Positions 21,324 through 33,703 of a DNA stretch of 64,000 nt are shown here, one piece after another. Source of the stretch: an uncultured delta proteobacterium (lineage in GTDB: Bacteria > Desulfobacterota > Desulfomonilia > Desulfomonilales > Desulfomonilaceae); contig CAWBKB010000005.1 in the NCBI GenBank assembly GCA_963789265.1, positions 480,001-544,000 of the forward strand, given 5' to 3'. The translations under genes were made by a program, and so were the position numbers. The notes below the pieces were generated by a model that was not told where the DNA came from, ran no database searches, and was given only the letters and a program-made list of their open reading frames with translations. The first letter of the stretch is position 1, and the number at the start of each line of letters is the position of its first letter.

Positions 21324-22886
21324 ATGGGATTGGATCGTGAAAGCATCGATAGATACGTCGATATAGCCGTCAAAGGCCAGGCCCCGGATCTGAAAATTCC
21401 ACATGAGGCCTGTGTCGTGAATCATCAGGTCGAGCCATGCTCAATAGTGATTTTCGGCGCCACAGGAGACTTGACCACGCGAAAGCTTGGCCCTTCCCTC
21501 TATAATCTTTATTTAATCGGGGGGTTTCCTGCATCGTTTGTGGTCCTGGGATCGGCCCGTTCCGAAATGTCGGATGAACAATTCCGCGATCGGCTTAAAG
21601 AAGGGATAGCCGACACGGATCTTTCGAGATGGGACGATTTTGCTTCGCACCTCTATTACCATCGTATCGATCTACGCTCCGTGGATTCCTTTAAAGAGCT
21701 TTTCAGTACTCTCAAGAAAATTGAAGGCGAACACAATACGGAGGCCAATAGGATATTTTACCTGGCCATACCCCCTTCGGCTTATGGGAGTGTAGCCGGC
21801 ATGCTTGGAAAGGTGGGACTCTCCAAGGAGCGCGCGGACGGGAATGGGTGGAGTCGCATCGTCGTCGAAAAGCCATTCGGGAGTGATCTGAAATCCGCCC
21901 AAAAGTTGAATCGAGAACTGCACGAATATTTCGACGAACGGCAGATCTTCCGTATCGATCATTATCTGGCTAAAGAAACGGTTCAAAATGTCTTGATGTT
22001 TCGTTTTGCCAACACCATTTTCGAGCCGTTATGGAACAGAATGTTTATAGATCGCGTACACATCAATGCGCTCGAATCAATCGGAGTGGAAAAAAGAGCC
22101 GGTTACTATGAAGAATCCGGAGTACTGCGGGATATGTTTCAAAATCACATGATGCAACTTCTGGCTGTAACCGCGATGGAACCCCCGGCTCTTTTTGAAG
22201 CGGACCAGGTCAGGGATGAGCATGTGAAGGTATTCCGGTCGCTCAGACCGCTTCCTGCTGCCAATCCTTCGAAGGATCTCATCCTTGGACAATACGGCCC
22301 GGGCACTATCGAAGGCCGGCAGGTTCCGGGCTATCGCGAGGAATCCGACGTAAATCCTGATTCGCTCACCCCTACTTACGCCATGATGCAGGTATTCGTT
22401 GACAACTGGCGGTGGCAGGACGTTCCTTTCTATCTGACGTCAGGCAAAAGGCTCGCGAAGAAACTGACGGATATAGTTATCCATTTCAAGAAAGTGCCTC
22501 ATTTGCTCTTCCAAAACGTTTTTAACGAAGCCATAACGGCCAATCTTTTGACGCTGGCAATACAGCCGGAAGAAAGAATCAATATTACCTTTGAGACCAA
22601 GAATCCCGGCGCTCAGGTTTGCTTGCGATCTGTAACCATGGATTTCAATTACAAAGAAAGTTATACGGGCCCTGTACTCGACGCGTATGAAAAGGCGCTC
22701 ATTGATTGCATGCAGGGAGACCAGATGCTCTTTTGGAGGCAAGATGCCGTGGAACTATGCTGGGCTTTTTATGACCCTGTCCTGGAAGAATGTGAAGGTT
22801 GCGAGGACTTGGCCGACCGGGTGCTGCCTTACGAAGCCGGGAGCTGGGGACCGGATGCTGCAAAGGTTTGGAACACCGGCGTATGA
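21324..22886 (+). CDS. zwf: Glucose-6-phosphate 1-dehydrogenase
   Basis: IFGATGDL, EKPFG, RIDHYLAKE, RDMFQNH. Start placed at ATG 21324 after GAGAGG. Confidence 0.95.
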   Translation: MGLDRESIDRYVDIAVKGQAPDLKIPHEACVVNHQVEPCSIVIFGATGDLTTRKLGPSLYNLYLIGGFPASFVVLGSARSEMSDEQFRDRLKEGIADTDLSRWDDFASHLYYHRIDLRSVDSFKELFSTLKKIEGEHNTEANRIFYLAIPPSAYGSVAGMLGKVGLSKERADGNGWSRIVVEKPFGSDLKSAQKLNRELHEYFDERQIFRIDHYLAKETVQNVLMFRFANTIFEPLWNRMFIDRVHINALESIGVEKRAGYYEESGVLRDMFQNHMMQLLAVTAMEPPALFEADQVRDEHVKVFRSLRPLPAANPSKDLILGQYGPGTIEGRQVPGYREESDVNPDSLTPTYAMMQVFVDNWRWQDVPFYLTSGKRLAKKLTDIVIHFKKVPHLLFQNVFNEAITANLLTLAIQPEERINITFETKNPGAQVCLRSVTMDFNYKESYTGPVLDAYEKALIDCMQGDQMLFWRQDAVELCWAFYDPVLEECEGCEDLADRVLPYEAGSWGPDAAKVWNTGV

Positions 22887-22919
22887 CTTCGCTTAATTAT
22901 TATAGATAGGAGGTTCATC

Positions 22920-24941
22920 GTGAATAAAGGATTGGATGAACTTTGCATAAACACGCTTCGGTTTCTGGCGGTAGATGCCGTCCAAAAGGCTGAATCGGGG
23001 CACCCCGGCGCGCCGCTTGGTTCAGCAGCCATGGCCTACGCTCTGTGGGATCGGTTTCTCCGATATGATCCACACGATCCTAAATGGCCAAATAGAGATC
23101 GTTATGTTCTTTCCGCGGGGCACGGTTGCGCCTTACTCTATGCATTGCTGCACGTGACGGGCTTCGATCTGCCTTTGGAGGAATTAAAACAATTTCGTCA
23201 GTGGGGAAGCCGCACACCAGGCCACCCGGAATACTGGAAAGCGCCCGGCATTGAGGCCACCACAGGACCTTTGGGCCAGGGATTCGGAAACGCGGTGGGT
23301 ATGGCGATTGCCGAAGAGGCTCTAGCGGCCAGGTTTAATCGACCCGATTATCAAATCATTAATCACTTCACTTACGTCCAAGCAAGTGACGGTGACTTGA
23401 TGGAAGGAGTTGCTTCTGAAGCGGCTTCGCTCGCCGGACATCTGCGTCTTGGGAAATTGATCGTCCTATATGATGACAATAAAATCACGATTGAAGGTGG
23501 AACCGACCTGGCGTTCACCGAAGATCGTAGAGCCCGATTTGCCGCCTACGGATGGCACTCTCAACAAGTGACCGATGGGAATGATGTCGAGGCAGTCGCG
23601 GCCGCGATTGAAGAGGCCCGCCGAAACACGGACCGTCCCTCGTTCATTGACGTTCACACGCACATTGGATATGGCAGCCCCCACAAACAGGATACCGCGT
23701 CGGCCCATGGCGAGCCGCTCGGTGAAGAGGAAGTCCGCTTGACAAAGCAGCGTCTGGACTGGCCGCTGGCCCCCCCCTTCTACATTCCTGAAGAAGCTCT
23801 CAAACATTTTCAGACTGCCGCGAAACGTGGTGAAACGCTCCATGCCAAGTGGGAAGCCCTTTTCAAGGACTATTCTCGCGAACATCCTGATCTTGCAACT
23901 GAATTAGAGAGAAGAATGCAGAGCAAACTTCCCGAGAACTGGGATCGCGATTTCCCCACATTCAGTTCCGACGAAGGTTCCATTGCTACAAGAAGGGCTT
24001 CGGGAAAGATTCTCAACTCGTTCGCCCCGTATCTGCCGGAACTGATGGGAGGATCTGCCGATCTTTCCCCGAGCACTAATACGATCATGGATAATACCGG
24101 AAATTTTGAAGCAGACGATCGCTCTGGCCGCAATATGCATTTCGGGGTCCGCGAGCATGGCATGGGAGCCGTAATTAACGGCATGGCCCTTCATAAAGGA
24201 TTGATTCCCTACGGCGCGACTTTTCTTATCTTCAGCGACTACATGCGCCCTCCAATGCGCCTTGCGGCAATGAGTGAGCTGGGAGTGATCTACGTCTTTA
24301 CGCACGACAGCATTGGCCTTGGCCAGGACGGGCCTACGCATCAACCGGTTGAACAATTGCTGGGACTTCGTGCCGTTCCGAACATGGTCGTAATACGGCC
24401 GGCCGATGCCAACGAAACCGCTGCGGCCTGGAAGATCGCCATTGAGCGCCGAACGGGTCCGGTGGCTTTAGTGTTAACTCGTCAGAATGTGCCTATACTG
24501 GACCTGGCCATCTATCCGGAGATTCCGACAGGCGTTCCTCACGGAGGGTATATCCTCGTCGAAGGGTCTGACAAGAGCGAACCGGATGTGGTGCTGGTAG
24601 CCTCTGGCTCGGAAGTACACGTAATACTGGGCGCGAGGGAAAAGTTGCTGGCCGATGGCGTGTCGGCCCGGGTAGTCAGCCTACCGAGTTGGAATCTTTT
24701 CGAGAAACAAACTCAAGCATATCGAAATCAGGTTTTCCCTCCTGGAATCCCTATTCTCTCGGTGGAGGCAGGGGTTTCACTTGGATGGAAGCCATATATA
24801 GGCGACGGGGTCGGTGCTGCTATTGGAGTGGATCGTTTTGGTGCTTCGGCTCCTGGCGACGTAGTCATGCGCGAATACGGCTTCACACCGGAAAATGTCC
24901 AAAAGCATACTTTGGACCTGTTGAAACAAAGGAAGCGCTGA
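22920..24941 (+). CDS. tkt: Transketolase
   Basis: [40 protein letters not shown]. Confidence 0.96.
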   Translation: MNKGLDELCINTLRFLAVDAVQKAESGHPGAPLGSAAMAYALWDRFLRYDPHDPKWPNRDRYVLSAGHGCALLYALLHVTGFDLPLEELKQFRQWGSRTPGHPEYWKAPGIEATTGPLGQGFGNAVGMAIAEEALAARFNRPDYQIINHFTYVQASDGDLMEGVASEAASLAGHLRLGKLIVLYDDNKITIEGGTDLAFTEDRRARFAAYGWHSQQVTDGNDVEAVAAAIEEARRNTDRPSFIDVHTHIGYGSPHKQDTASAHGEPLGEEEVRLTKQRLDWPLAPPFYIPEEALKHFQTAAKRGETLHAKWEALFKDYSREHPDLATELERRMQSKLPENWDRDFPTFSSDEGSIATRRASGKILNSFAPYLPELMGGSADLSPSTNTIMDNTGNFEADDRSGRNMHFGVREHGMGAVINGMALHKGLIPYGATFLIFSDYMRPPMRLAAMSELGVIYVFTHDSIGLGQDGPTHQPVEQLLGLRAVPNMVVIRPADANETAAAWKIAIERRTGPVALVLTRQNVPILDLAIYPEIPTGVPHGGYILVEGSDKSEPDVVLVASGSEVHVILGAREKLLADGVSARVVSLPSWNLFEKQTQAYRNQVFPPGIPILSVEAGVSLGWKPYIGDGVGAAIGVDRFGASAPGDVVMREYGFTPENVQKHTLDLLKQRKR

Positions 24942-24942
24942 C

Positions 24943-25401
24943 ATGGCAAAGATAGGTATAGCTGCTGATCACGGTGGATTCGCTTTGAAAGAAGAGGTCC
25001 GCGCGGCGCTGCAAACAGCCGGCCACACCGTGGAAGATTTCGGAGCTTACGAGATGCGAAATGACGATGACTACCCGGATTTCGTGATTCCTCTGGCTAA
25101 GGCCGTCGCGGCCGGACAAGTTCACCGTGGGCTCGCAATTTGCGGGAGCGGGGTGGGCGCGGCCATAGCTGCAAACAAGATTCCCGGTGTGCGGGCTGCA
25201 CTGATACACGAGACGTTTTCCGCTCATCAGGGGGTGGAAGACGACAATATGAATGTTATGTGCCTCGGAGGGCGAGTTATTGCTTTTGCTATGGCTATGG
25301 AATTGATTCACTCATTTCTCGACGCGGAATTTACAAGTGCCGAGCGCCACAAACGGCGGCTCGCAAAAGTGGCGTCTTTGGAAGGAGAGGAGAAAAGGTA
25401 A
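24943..25401 (+). CDS. rpiB: Ribose-5-phosphate isomerase B
   Basis: IAADHGG, DYPD, ICGSGVG, ANKIPGVRAA, RHKRRL. Confidence 0.93.
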   Translation: MAKIGIAADHGGFALKEEVRAALQTAGHTVEDFGAYEMRNDDDYPDFVIPLAKAVAAGQVHRGLAICGSGVGAAIAANKIPGVRAALIHETFSAHQGVEDDNMNVMCLGGRVIAFAMAMELIHSFLDAEFTSAERHKRRLAKVASLEGEEKR

Positions 25402-28226
25402 TGCCCATGAATCCATTGTTGAAGATACAGGACTTTGGCCAAAGTATTTGGCTGGATTTTATTCGCAGACACATGCTGATCTCCGGGGAGCTGACTGCAC
25501 TTATAGAAGAAGACGGCCTTCGTGGGGTCACTTCCAATCCTGCCATATTTGAAAAAGCTATTTCAGGAAGCAACGATTATTTGACAGCAATCGGATCGCT
25601 TGCTCAGGAAGGCAAGAGTAGTGATGAGATTTACGAAACGCTTGCAATCGAAGATGTTCAGCAAACAGCAGACGCTTTCCGGCCTGTTTTTGATGATTCC
25701 GGCGGGCAGTATGGTTTTGTAAGTCTCGAAGTTTCACCTCGCCTGGCCCGCGACACGCCAGGTACTATAAAGGAAGCGCACTACTGGTGGAACGCCTTGG
25801 ACCGTCCAAACGTATTCATAAAAGTGCCCGCTACCAAAGAGGGTTTACCTGCAATTCAACAGCTTATCAGTGAAGGAATCAATGTCAACGTAACCCTCCT
25901 CTTCGGCTTGGAACGGTACCGCGCGGTAACGGAAGCCTACATAGCCGGTTTGGAACAACGCGCGGCAGCCGGGCACCCCGTAGACCGTATTGCGTCGGTG
26001 GCCAGCTTCTTCCTCAGCCGTATCGACCTGCTGGTTGACCCTCTCCTGGAAAAAGTAATGAAACAAGGGGGAGAGCGAGGGAAAATCGCAGATTCCTTGC
26101 CTGGGGAAACGGCCATTGCCAGCGCCAAAATTGCCTATCAGATTTACAAGGAAGTATTTTCGACCGAACGATTTCAAAAACTAGCCGACAAGGGGGCCCG
26201 CGCTCAGCCGGTCTTGTGGGCAAGTACCAGCACAAAGAACCCCGCGTACAGCGATGTGAAATACGTGGAGGCCTTGATTGGCCCGAATACCATCAATACG
26301 CTTCCGCTGGAAACCTTGAATGCGTATCGCGACCATGGGAATCCAGCCTCCCGTCTCGAGTTGGCGGTGGACAAGGCGAGAAAGGTTTTGGACATGCTGC
26401 CGCAAGTGGGCGTCGATTTGATGGAAGTGACCCAACAACTCGAGGATGAAGGCATCGACAAATTCGTCAAGCCGTTTGACCGCTTAATGAAGGCATTGGA
26501 AGAGAAGCGGAAAGAAGCTCTATCCGAACCGGTGGATGCTCAGGAGTTGCATCTCGGCCAGTACAAGGGGGACGTGGAAAACCGCATGTACAAATTGGAA
26601 AACGCTGACTTCGGACAGAGACTGTGGCGGAAAGACCCGAGTCTATGGAAACAGGATTCCGAAGTCCAAAAGATGATCTGCAACTCTATGGGCTGGCTCC
26701 ATGTTGCAGAAAAAATGGTGGAGCATGTGCCGCAACTCCAGGAATTTGCAACCCAAATGGCTGAAACCGGATTCCGGCATGTGGTTCACATGGGGATGGG
26801 CGGGAGCAGCCTGGCTCCACTTGTGTTTCAGGAGTCGCTTCCCACAGGAAAACACGGCCTGACGTTGACGGTCCTTGATACCACCGATCCCGCTACCATA
26901 CTTAAAGTCGAACGGGAGATTCCACTCAAGGACACGCTTTTTGTAGTGGCAACCAAGTCCGGGACAACAGCCGAGCCTCTGGCCTTTGGAGACTATTTTT
27001 ATGACAAGGTCAGGTCCCTCAAAGGGGGGCGAGCGGGAGAAAACTTTGTCGCGATTACCGATCCTGGATCCCCGCTTGTCGATATCGCAATGCAGCGCAA
27101 TTTTCGTCACATATTTCTTAATTTTGAAGACATAGGAGGCCGCTATTCCGCCCTATCCTATTTCGGCCTTTTGCCTGCCGCGCTCAAGGGGATCGACGTA
27201 GGCGAATTACTGGAACGGACATTGAGGATGGCTCGTGCATGCGCCTCTGCCGTTCCACTCCCCGAAAATCCTGGTCTGGCTCTTGGCACGTCAATTGGAG
27301 AACTGGCCACTCTCGGACTCGATAAACTCACATTTTTAGCCTCGGAAGGACTTTCCACGCTGGGACTGTGGCTGGAACAATTGCTCGCCGAAAGCACAGG
27401 CAAAGAAGGCAAAGGAGTACTGCCTGTTGCTGGTGAACCTGTCGGAGAACCATCAACTTACGGTAATGACAGAATCTTTGTATATCTCAAATTGGATGAC
27501 CGGAAAGAGGAATCTCTCGAAGAAATGGTCTTGAAACTGACCTCAGCGGGTCGACCCGTAATAACAATACGTCTCAAGGATTTGCTCGATCTGGGGCAGG
27601 AATTCCTGCGATGGGAGATTGCTACAGCGACGACCGGCAGTATTCTGGGTATCAATCCGTTTGACCAACCCAATGTTCAGGAGAGTAAAGATAATACAAA
27701 CAGGCTGCTAAAAGAGGTCGAGAAAGCGGGAAAATTACCGCAGGCCGAGCCGGCCCTGGTGGACGGGCCGTTGCAGTTGTTCGCGAACGAGAATGCGTCC
27801 GACGCCAAGAACCTGTTCTCAAAACTTTTTAGTGGTGCGCAACCGGGGGATTATATTGCGCTTCAAGCTTATCTCTCTGAAGATCCTAACGTCAATGCTG
27901 CGCTTCAGGACTTGCGTATTCTACTGCGCGATCGCCTTCGTGTGGCCACAACACTAGGTTACGGGCCTCGTTTCCTTCATTCCACCGGCCAATATCATAA
28001 AGGAGGTCCTAACTGTGGCCTTTTTTTACAATTGACATCGGAAGACCAGGAAGACGTGCCCGTTCCGGGGCGTCAGTACACTTTCGGGCTTCTGAAAAGG
28101 GCTCAGGCTTTGGGTGACCTGGAAGCCCTGCGCAAGCATAATCGTCGGGCCGTAAGGATTGATCTGGGCAAGAACGTGCTCGAAGGACTCGCGGTCCTTA
28201 AGAGTGCTGTGGAATCGTCGATTTAA
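25401..28226 (+). CDS. Bifunctional transaldolase / phosphoglucose isomerase
   Basis: N-terminal GQSIWLD, GVTSNP, IKVPAT, WASTSTK; C-terminal GMGGSSL, TKSGTT, IGGRYS, QLLAESTGK, NPFDQPNV. Confidence 0.93.
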   Translation: MPMNPLLKIQDFGQSIWLDFIRRHMLISGELTALIEEDGLRGVTSNPAIFEKAISGSNDYLTAIGSLAQEGKSSDEIYETLAIEDVQQTADAFRPVFDDSGGQYGFVSLEVSPRLARDTPGTIKEAHYWWNALDRPNVFIKVPATKEGLPAIQQLISEGINVNVTLLFGLERYRAVTEAYIAGLEQRAAAGHPVDRIASVASFFLSRIDLLVDPLLEKVMKQGGERGKIADSLPGETAIASAKIAYQIYKEVFSTERFQKLADKGARAQPVLWASTSTKNPAYSDVKYVEALIGPNTINTLPLETLNAYRDHGNPASRLELAVDKARKVLDMLPQVGVDLMEVTQQLEDEGIDKFVKPFDRLMKALEEKRKEALSEPVDAQELHLGQYKGDVENRMYKLENADFGQRLWRKDPSLWKQDSEVQKMICNSMGWLHVAEKMVEHVPQLQEFATQMAETGFRHVVHMGMGGSSLAPLVFQESLPTGKHGLTLTVLDTTDPATILKVEREIPLKDTLFVVATKSGTTAEPLAFGDYFYDKVRSLKGGRAGENFVAITDPGSPLVDIAMQRNFRHIFLNFEDIGGRYSALSYFGLLPAALKGIDVGELLERTLRMARACASAVPLPENPGLALGTSIGELATLGLDKLTFLASEGLSTLGLWLEQLLAESTGKEGKGVLPVAGEPVGEPSTYGNDRIFVYLKLDDRKEESLEEMVLKLTSAGRPVITIRLKDLLDLGQEFLRWEIATATTGSILGINPFDQPNVQESKDNTNRLLKEVEKAGKLPQAEPALVDGPLQLFANENASDAKNLFSKLFSGAQPGDYIALQAYLSEDPNVNAALQDLRILLRDRLRVATTLGYGPRFLHSTGQYHKGGPNCGLFLQLTSEDQEDVPVPGRQYTFGLLKRAQALGDLEALRKHNRRAVRIDLGKNVLEGLAVLKSAVESSI

Positions 28227-28295
28227 TATGTTCATTCCCGGTACAAACAATTTACGTTGCCGCGCTTGTCGCAAAATATTCAAGAGAGAATTGCT

Positions 28296-28925
28296 ATGAC
28301 AAAGTCTGGTCGAATTAACACGTTATTCTCGGATATCGGCGGTGTGCTCCTTACCAATGGCTGGGACCGGGATGCAAGGCTTCGCGCTAGCGAGAAATTC
28401 CAGTTGAACCATGATGAATTCTCTGAACGCCATTCTATGACCTTTGATACGTACGAAGAAGGAAAGTTAAGCCTGGACGAATATCTGAAGAGGGTGGTGT
28501 TCTATGAGCCGCAACCTTTCACGGCGCAAGACTTCAAAAAGTTTATGTTAGAACAATCCCAACCGATTGAAGCAATGATTAATCTTGTCCGCAGATTGAA
28601 GGTCCATCACGAGCTGAAAACAGTGGCTGTGAGCAATGAAGGCAGAGAATTGACCGAATATCGCATTAAGGAATTCAGATTAAATGAATTTGTCGACGCA
28701 TTTATTTCATCATGCTTCGTTCATTATCGCAAACCGGACGAAGATATCTTTCGCATTGCCTTGGATGTTTCTCAAGCGTGTCCCGAAGAGGTAGCATACC
28801 TCGACGATCGGAAAATGTTCGTGGAGGTCGCACAAAGTTTCGGGATCCGAGGAATTCATCATACGGGGTACGAATCAACTCTAGCGGCGCTCGAGGACCT
28901 GGGCCTGGGATTGCCGACGGAGTGA
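28296..28925 (+). CDS. HAD-family phosphatase (YihX-like)
   Basis: DIGGVL, VSNEG, RKPD and YLDD motifs. Confidence 0.85.
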   Translation: MTKSGRINTLFSDIGGVLLTNGWDRDARLRASEKFQLNHDEFSERHSMTFDTYEEGKLSLDEYLKRVVFYEPQPFTAQDFKKFMLEQSQPIEAMINLVRRLKVHHELKTVAVSNEGRELTEYRIKEFRLNEFVDAFISSCFVHYRKPDEDIFRIALDVSQACPEEVAYLDDRKMFVEVAQSFGIRGIHHTGYESTLAALEDLGLGLPTE

Positions 28926-28966
28926 CGTCACAACAATGACAATGCAGCAACATTGGGGGTCACAAA

Positions 28967-30380
28967 ATGAATACCTCTTGCAATATCGGTATGATCGGAC
29001 TCGGGGTTATGGGACGCAATTTTGCGCTGAACATGGCAGATCATGGCTTTGCTGTGGCGGGTTACAACAGACATCTCGACAAGGTTGCTCTCCTTGAGAA
29101 GGAAGCAGAAGGGCGAACCGTTATCGGCGCCAAGTCCGAGGAAGATCTTGCCAAAGCCGTGCAAAAGCCTCGTGCAGTCATGATGATGGTTCCAGCGGGG
29201 AATGCTGTGGACCAGGTAATTCGCGATCTTTTGCCGCATTTAGAGCCGGGGGACCTGATAATAGACGGGGGAAACTCGCATTACAAGGACACCGACATTC
29301 GCGGAGCGGCGTTGGCCGATAAGGGAATAAATTTTCTCGGGGTCGGGATTTCCGGCGGTGAAAAAGGGGCACGGTTTGGACCCAGCATGATGCCTGGCGG
29401 GAAACTGGAAGCATACGAAAGAGTGCGGCCCATCTTTGAGGCAGCGGCAGCCAAAGTGAACGGGGACCCGTGCGTCACCTATTTGGGGCCCCGTTCGGCC
29501 GGTCATTATGTGAAAGTCGTCCACAATGGAATCGAATACGGATTGATGCAACTTATTTCAGAAACCTACCACCTGATGAAGTATCTCCTGGGTTTGGACG
29601 ATGATGAACTTCACAATGTTTATTATGAGTGGAATCAAGGGGAACTGGAATGTTTCCTGTTGGAAATCACGCATCAAATCTTCAGCTATAAAGACGAAAA
29701 AACGGGTCGGCGACTCGTCGATGAAATCCTGGACGAAGCCAAACAAAAGGGGACGGGAAAGTGGACCTCCCAGGACGCTATGGATCTTCAGGTGCCGGTG
29801 CCCACAATCGACATGGCCGTGGCGATGCGGGATCTATCCATGTACAAAGATGAAAGGGGAACCGCCTCGAAACAGTTGTCCGGCCCGGAATCGAGGTTTG
29901 ACGGCGACAAGAAAGCTTTTATCCAGCGGCTTCACAATGCGCTATACATAGGAATGATTGCAACATACTCCCAAGGAATGGCGCTTCTCAAGACCGCGTC
30001 CCGGGCCTACGATTATGGATTGAGTCTTCCGGAGGTAGCTCGAATCTGGCGGGGGGGCTGCATAATTCGAGCACGTTTGCTGGAAGACATTCGCTTGGCA
30101 TTGAAGTCTCAGCCGGACTTGCCCAACCTGATGTTGGATCCCAAGCTCTCGCAAACAATCGTCCAGCGGCAAGAAGACTTGCGTTACGTAGCACGGATTG
30201 CCCTGGAATCGGGAATTCCGGCGCCCGGACTCATGGCATCTTTGGCTTATTTTGATGGTTACCGTAGCGCCTGGTTGCCTGCCAACCTGATTCAGGCTCA
30301 GCGTGACTATTCTTGGCTCTCACACGTATGAACGGATAGACGAAAAAGGGGTCTTCCATACCCAATGGGATCAAGGCTGA
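28967..30380 (+). CDS. gnd: NADP-dependent 6-phosphogluconate dehydrogenase, apparent frameshift ~30311
   Basis: IGLGVMG, HNGIEY, QKGTGKWT, NLIQAQRDY; the tail GSHTYERIDEKGVFHTQW lies in another frame. Confidence 0.94.
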
Positions 30381-30484
30381 GTCCGTGGAGCGGTATCGAC
30401 GGCGACCGACCGAATATTCATGCCCCAATTGTAGGGCAAAGTGCAAAAACCTGAATTGAGCGAGATCAGAGAAAGGGACAAAAC

Positions 30485-32134
30485 ATGTCGCAGGGAATCG
30501 GTACTTCACTGGCGGGGAAGCGTGGCATCGATGTGCTGCATGACGCGGAAATCAATAAATCCATAGCCTTCAGCGAAGCAGAGCGCGAGGCCCTGGGCCT
30601 GACCGGGCTCTTGCCCGCAGGCGTCGACACTGAAGAAGTTCAGCTTCGTCGAGTCATGCAGCAGTTGGGGACCAAGCCCACTGACTTGGAGCGATACATC
30701 TTTTTGATCGGGCTGCTTGATACTGATGAGACGCTCTTTTACAGAGTACTAATGTCCGATCCTGCTCGATTCTTGCCTATTGTTTACGACCCGACAGTCG
30801 GCGAGGCGTGTCTCAAGTTCGGTCATATCTTCCGGCGTCCCCGAGGCATGTATCTGTCGCTTCTGCACAAGGGACGGATCAAGAGTGTTCTGCGTAATTG
30901 GCCGAAAACGGACGTTCGAGTAATATGCGCCTCCTCAGGCGGCAGGATCCTCGGTCTTGGCGACCTTGGGGCCAATGGCATGGGCATTCCCATCGGCAAG
31001 CTTCAGCTTTATACCGCCTGCGCCGCCGTGCCGCCTCAGGTGCTTTTGCCGATTCATATAGACTGCGGCACGACTAATGAAGCACTGATTCACGATCCCC
31101 TGTACCTGGGCTTGCGTCAGCCTCGCGTTCCGACCTCTGAATTGGATGAATTTGTTGATGAATTCGTGACGGCCGTGCAGGAAGTTTTCCCGGGATGCTG
31201 CGTCCATTTCGAAGATTGGGCCGGGGTCGATGCGATGCGTCTTCTCGCGCACTATCGAGACCGGGTGTGCTGTTACAATGACGATATTCAAGGCACCGCT
31301 GGTGTGGCTCTTGCGGGGTTGCTCAGCGCCTTGCGAGTGACCGGCGGGAAGCTGCGCGATCAGCGCATCCTATTTCTTGGGGCAGGATCGGCCGGCATAG
31401 GGATTGCCGATCTGATCGCATCTGCCATGGTATTGGAAGGGCTGACGGACGATCAAGCCCGGTCGCGCATTTCGCTTTTCGACATTAACGGTCTGCTTGA
31501 GTCAAACCGGACTGACCTATTCGATTTCCAGAAACCCTACGCCCATCCGCACGAGAAGTCTCACGATTTCCTTGCCGTCATCGAGTCCCTCAAGCCCACC
31601 GCGATAATTGGTGTCAGCACCCAAGGCAAAGCATTTACCAGGCAGGTTGTTGAGACCATGACTCGCCTCAACAAAAGGCCGATCATCTTTGCCCTTTCCA
31701 ATCCCACGGATCACGCAGAATGCACTGCCGAAGAAGCCTACAAATGGTCTGAGGGCCGATCGCTTTATGCTGCAGGGGTTCCGTTCCCACCGGTCCGCTT
31801 CCATGATAAAACTCTGATCCCCGGTCAGGGTAACAATCTGTACATCTTCCCGGCCGTAGGGCTGGCGATTTACGCGGCAAAGCCAAAGCGTGTAACCGAC
31901 GAAATGTTCATTGCGGCTGCACGTGCAGTTGCCGAACAGGTGACTGAGGCAGAGTTGGATGCCGGTTTGCTGTATCCGCCACAGACCGACATCCTGAAGA
32001 CGGAAATCGCTACTGCTGCGAAGGTTTGCGAAGTCATTTTCGCTCGGGGACTGGCAGGTGTTGCGCAGCCGAGCGATTTGAGATCGTTTCTCGAATCCCA
32101 GCTCTACAAACCCGAATACCGACCTCTCACGTGA
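30485..32134 (+). CDS. NAD(P)-dependent malic enzyme
   Basis: GRILGLGDLG, FED, NDDIQGT, GAGSAG, IFALSNP, GQGNN. Confidence 0.92.
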   Translation: MSQGIGTSLAGKRGIDVLHDAEINKSIAFSEAEREALGLTGLLPAGVDTEEVQLRRVMQQLGTKPTDLERYIFLIGLLDTDETLFYRVLMSDPARFLPIVYDPTVGEACLKFGHIFRRPRGMYLSLLHKGRIKSVLRNWPKTDVRVICASSGGRILGLGDLGANGMGIPIGKLQLYTACAAVPPQVLLPIHIDCGTTNEALIHDPLYLGLRQPRVPTSELDEFVDEFVTAVQEVFPGCCVHFEDWAGVDAMRLLAHYRDRVCCYNDDIQGTAGVALAGLLSALRVTGGKLRDQRILFLGAGSAGIGIADLIASAMVLEGLTDDQARSRISLFDINGLLESNRTDLFDFQKPYAHPHEKSHDFLAVIESLKPTAIIGVSTQGKAFTRQVVETMTRLNKRPIIFALSNPTDHAECTAEEAYKWSEGRSLYAAGVPFPPVRFHDKTLIPGQGNNLYIFPAVGLAIYAAKPKRVTDEMFIAAARAVAEQVTEAELDAGLLYPPQTDILKTEIATAAKVCEVIFARGLAGVAQPSDLRSFLESQLYKPEYRPLT

Positions 32135-32269
32135 GCCCATTGGGGTTTCGCTGTCCCCGCGCTAACAAACCGACGAGCTGACGGTGGACTTTGTTGTCTG
32201 CTCCTCGTCGGGGAAGTCTAAACAGACGCGAAGGACTGGCCTTCGGAGCTAAGTCCCCTGGAGGAAATC

Positions 32270-33670
32270 ATGACGGAGTTCCGTACCGAGACAGATAGCC
32301 TGGGCGAGGTCCGAGTCCCGGCGGACAAATTGTGGGGCGCGCAGACACAGCGTTCACTTGAACACTTCAGCATCGGTGACGATCTTATGCCGAGGGAATT
32401 GATCGAGGCGTACGCCATCTTGAAAAAGGCGGCGGCCGTGGCCAACCATCGAGGCGGTAGGCTCACATCACAGCAAAAAGATCTCATAATTCAGGTTTGC
32501 GACGAGATCCTCTCGGGAAAGCATCGAGATCAGTTTCCGCTCCATGTCTGGATGACAGGCAGCGGTACGCAGTTCAACATGAATGTCAATGAAGTGATCT
32601 CGAACCGATGCTGTCAGATCGCAGGCAAGCCACTAGGCAGCAAAACCCCGATCCATCCGAACGATCATGTGAATATGTCGCAGTCGTCAAACGACACGTT
32701 TCCATCGGCCATGTACATCGCGGCCGGCGTTGGAACAAAGCAAAGGCTTTGGCCGTCGGTGAAGGCCCTGCGAGACTCTGTCTTTGCCAAGGCCGAGTTG
32801 TGGAAAGACATCGTCAAAATCGGCCGGACCCATTTGCAGGATGCGACGCCGTTAACCTTGGGACAGGAATGGTCGGGTTATACCGGCATGCTGGACGAGA
32901 ACCTTCAACACACTGAGAACAGCCTTACAGGGGTCTGGAACCTCGCCCTTGGCGGCACGGCAGTGGGGACCGGCCTTAATGCCGCGCCGGGTTTTGCCGA
33001 GCAAGCCGCCGCGGAAATCGCACGTCTGACAGAGCTGCCCTACGTCAGCGCACCAAACAAATTTACCGTGCAAGGTGCGCACGATGCTTTGGTAATGCTC
33101 TCCGGCGCGCTCCGCAGCCTCGCCGCTTCCCTGTACAAGATTGCCAATGACATTCGCTTGTTGAGCTGCGGGCCGCGCTGTGGTTTTTATGAACTGAAGA
33201 TACCGGAGAACGAACCGGGCTCCTCGATAATGCCGGGCAAAGTGAATCCAACCCAATGCGAAGCACTTGCCATGATCGCTGTGCAGGTCATGTCAAACGA
33301 TGTTGCTGTGGGGTTCGGTAATGCTTCGGGCTACCTGGAAATGAATGTGTATAAACCTCTGATCATATCAAACATCATGCAGTCGATCCGCATCCTCACT
33401 GACGGTTGTCACAACTTCCGAACCTTTTTAGTTGAGGGCACTGAACCGAACTTAAAGCAGATCGATCGGTTTGTCCGGCAGTCGCTGATGCTGGTCACTG
33501 CCCTATCCCCGGCAATCGGCTACGACAAAGCCTCGGAGATTGCCCATTACGCAAACGAGCACGGCATGACGCTGAAAGAGGCGGCGCTGAAACTGGGTTA
33601 CGTGAATGAGACGGATTACGATCGAATCGTCGATCCCAAAAAGATGGTTTATCCCTATGTCGCGGATTAG
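32270..33670 (+). CDS. fumC: Class II fumarate hydratase
   Basis: [33 protein letters not shown]. Confidence 0.95.
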   Translation: MTEFRTETDSLGEVRVPADKLWGAQTQRSLEHFSIGDDLMPRELIEAYAILKKAAAVANHRGGRLTSQQKDLIIQVCDEILSGKHRDQFPLHVWMTGSGTQFNMNVNEVISNRCCQIAGKPLGSKTPIHPNDHVNMSQSSNDTFPSAMYIAAGVGTKQRLWPSVKALRDSVFAKAELWKDIVKIGRTHLQDATPLTLGQEWSGYTGMLDENLQHTENSLTGVWNLALGGTAVGTGLNAAPGFAEQAAAEIARLTELPYVSAPNKFTVQGAHDALVMLSGALRSLAASLYKIANDIRLLSCGPRCGFYELKIPENEPGSSIMPGKVNPTQCEALAMIAVQVMSNDVAVGFGNASGYLEMNVYKPLIISNIMQSIRILTDGCHNFRTFLVEGTEPNLKQIDRFVRQSLMLVTALSPAIGYDKASEIAHYANEHGMTLKEAALKLGYVNETDYDRIVDPKKMVYPYVAD

Positions 33671-33703
33671 CAAACCGCTAAATTAGAAAATTGGAAGGAG
33701 GAT

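Noticed and set aside
25140..25400. N-terminal extension of tal-pgi in the ORF track (similar extensions on narJ, zwf, hyfB/E/G-like and multicopper oxidase)
   Set aside because: They overlap neighbouring genes or repeats; better starts with RBS or coupling lie downstream.
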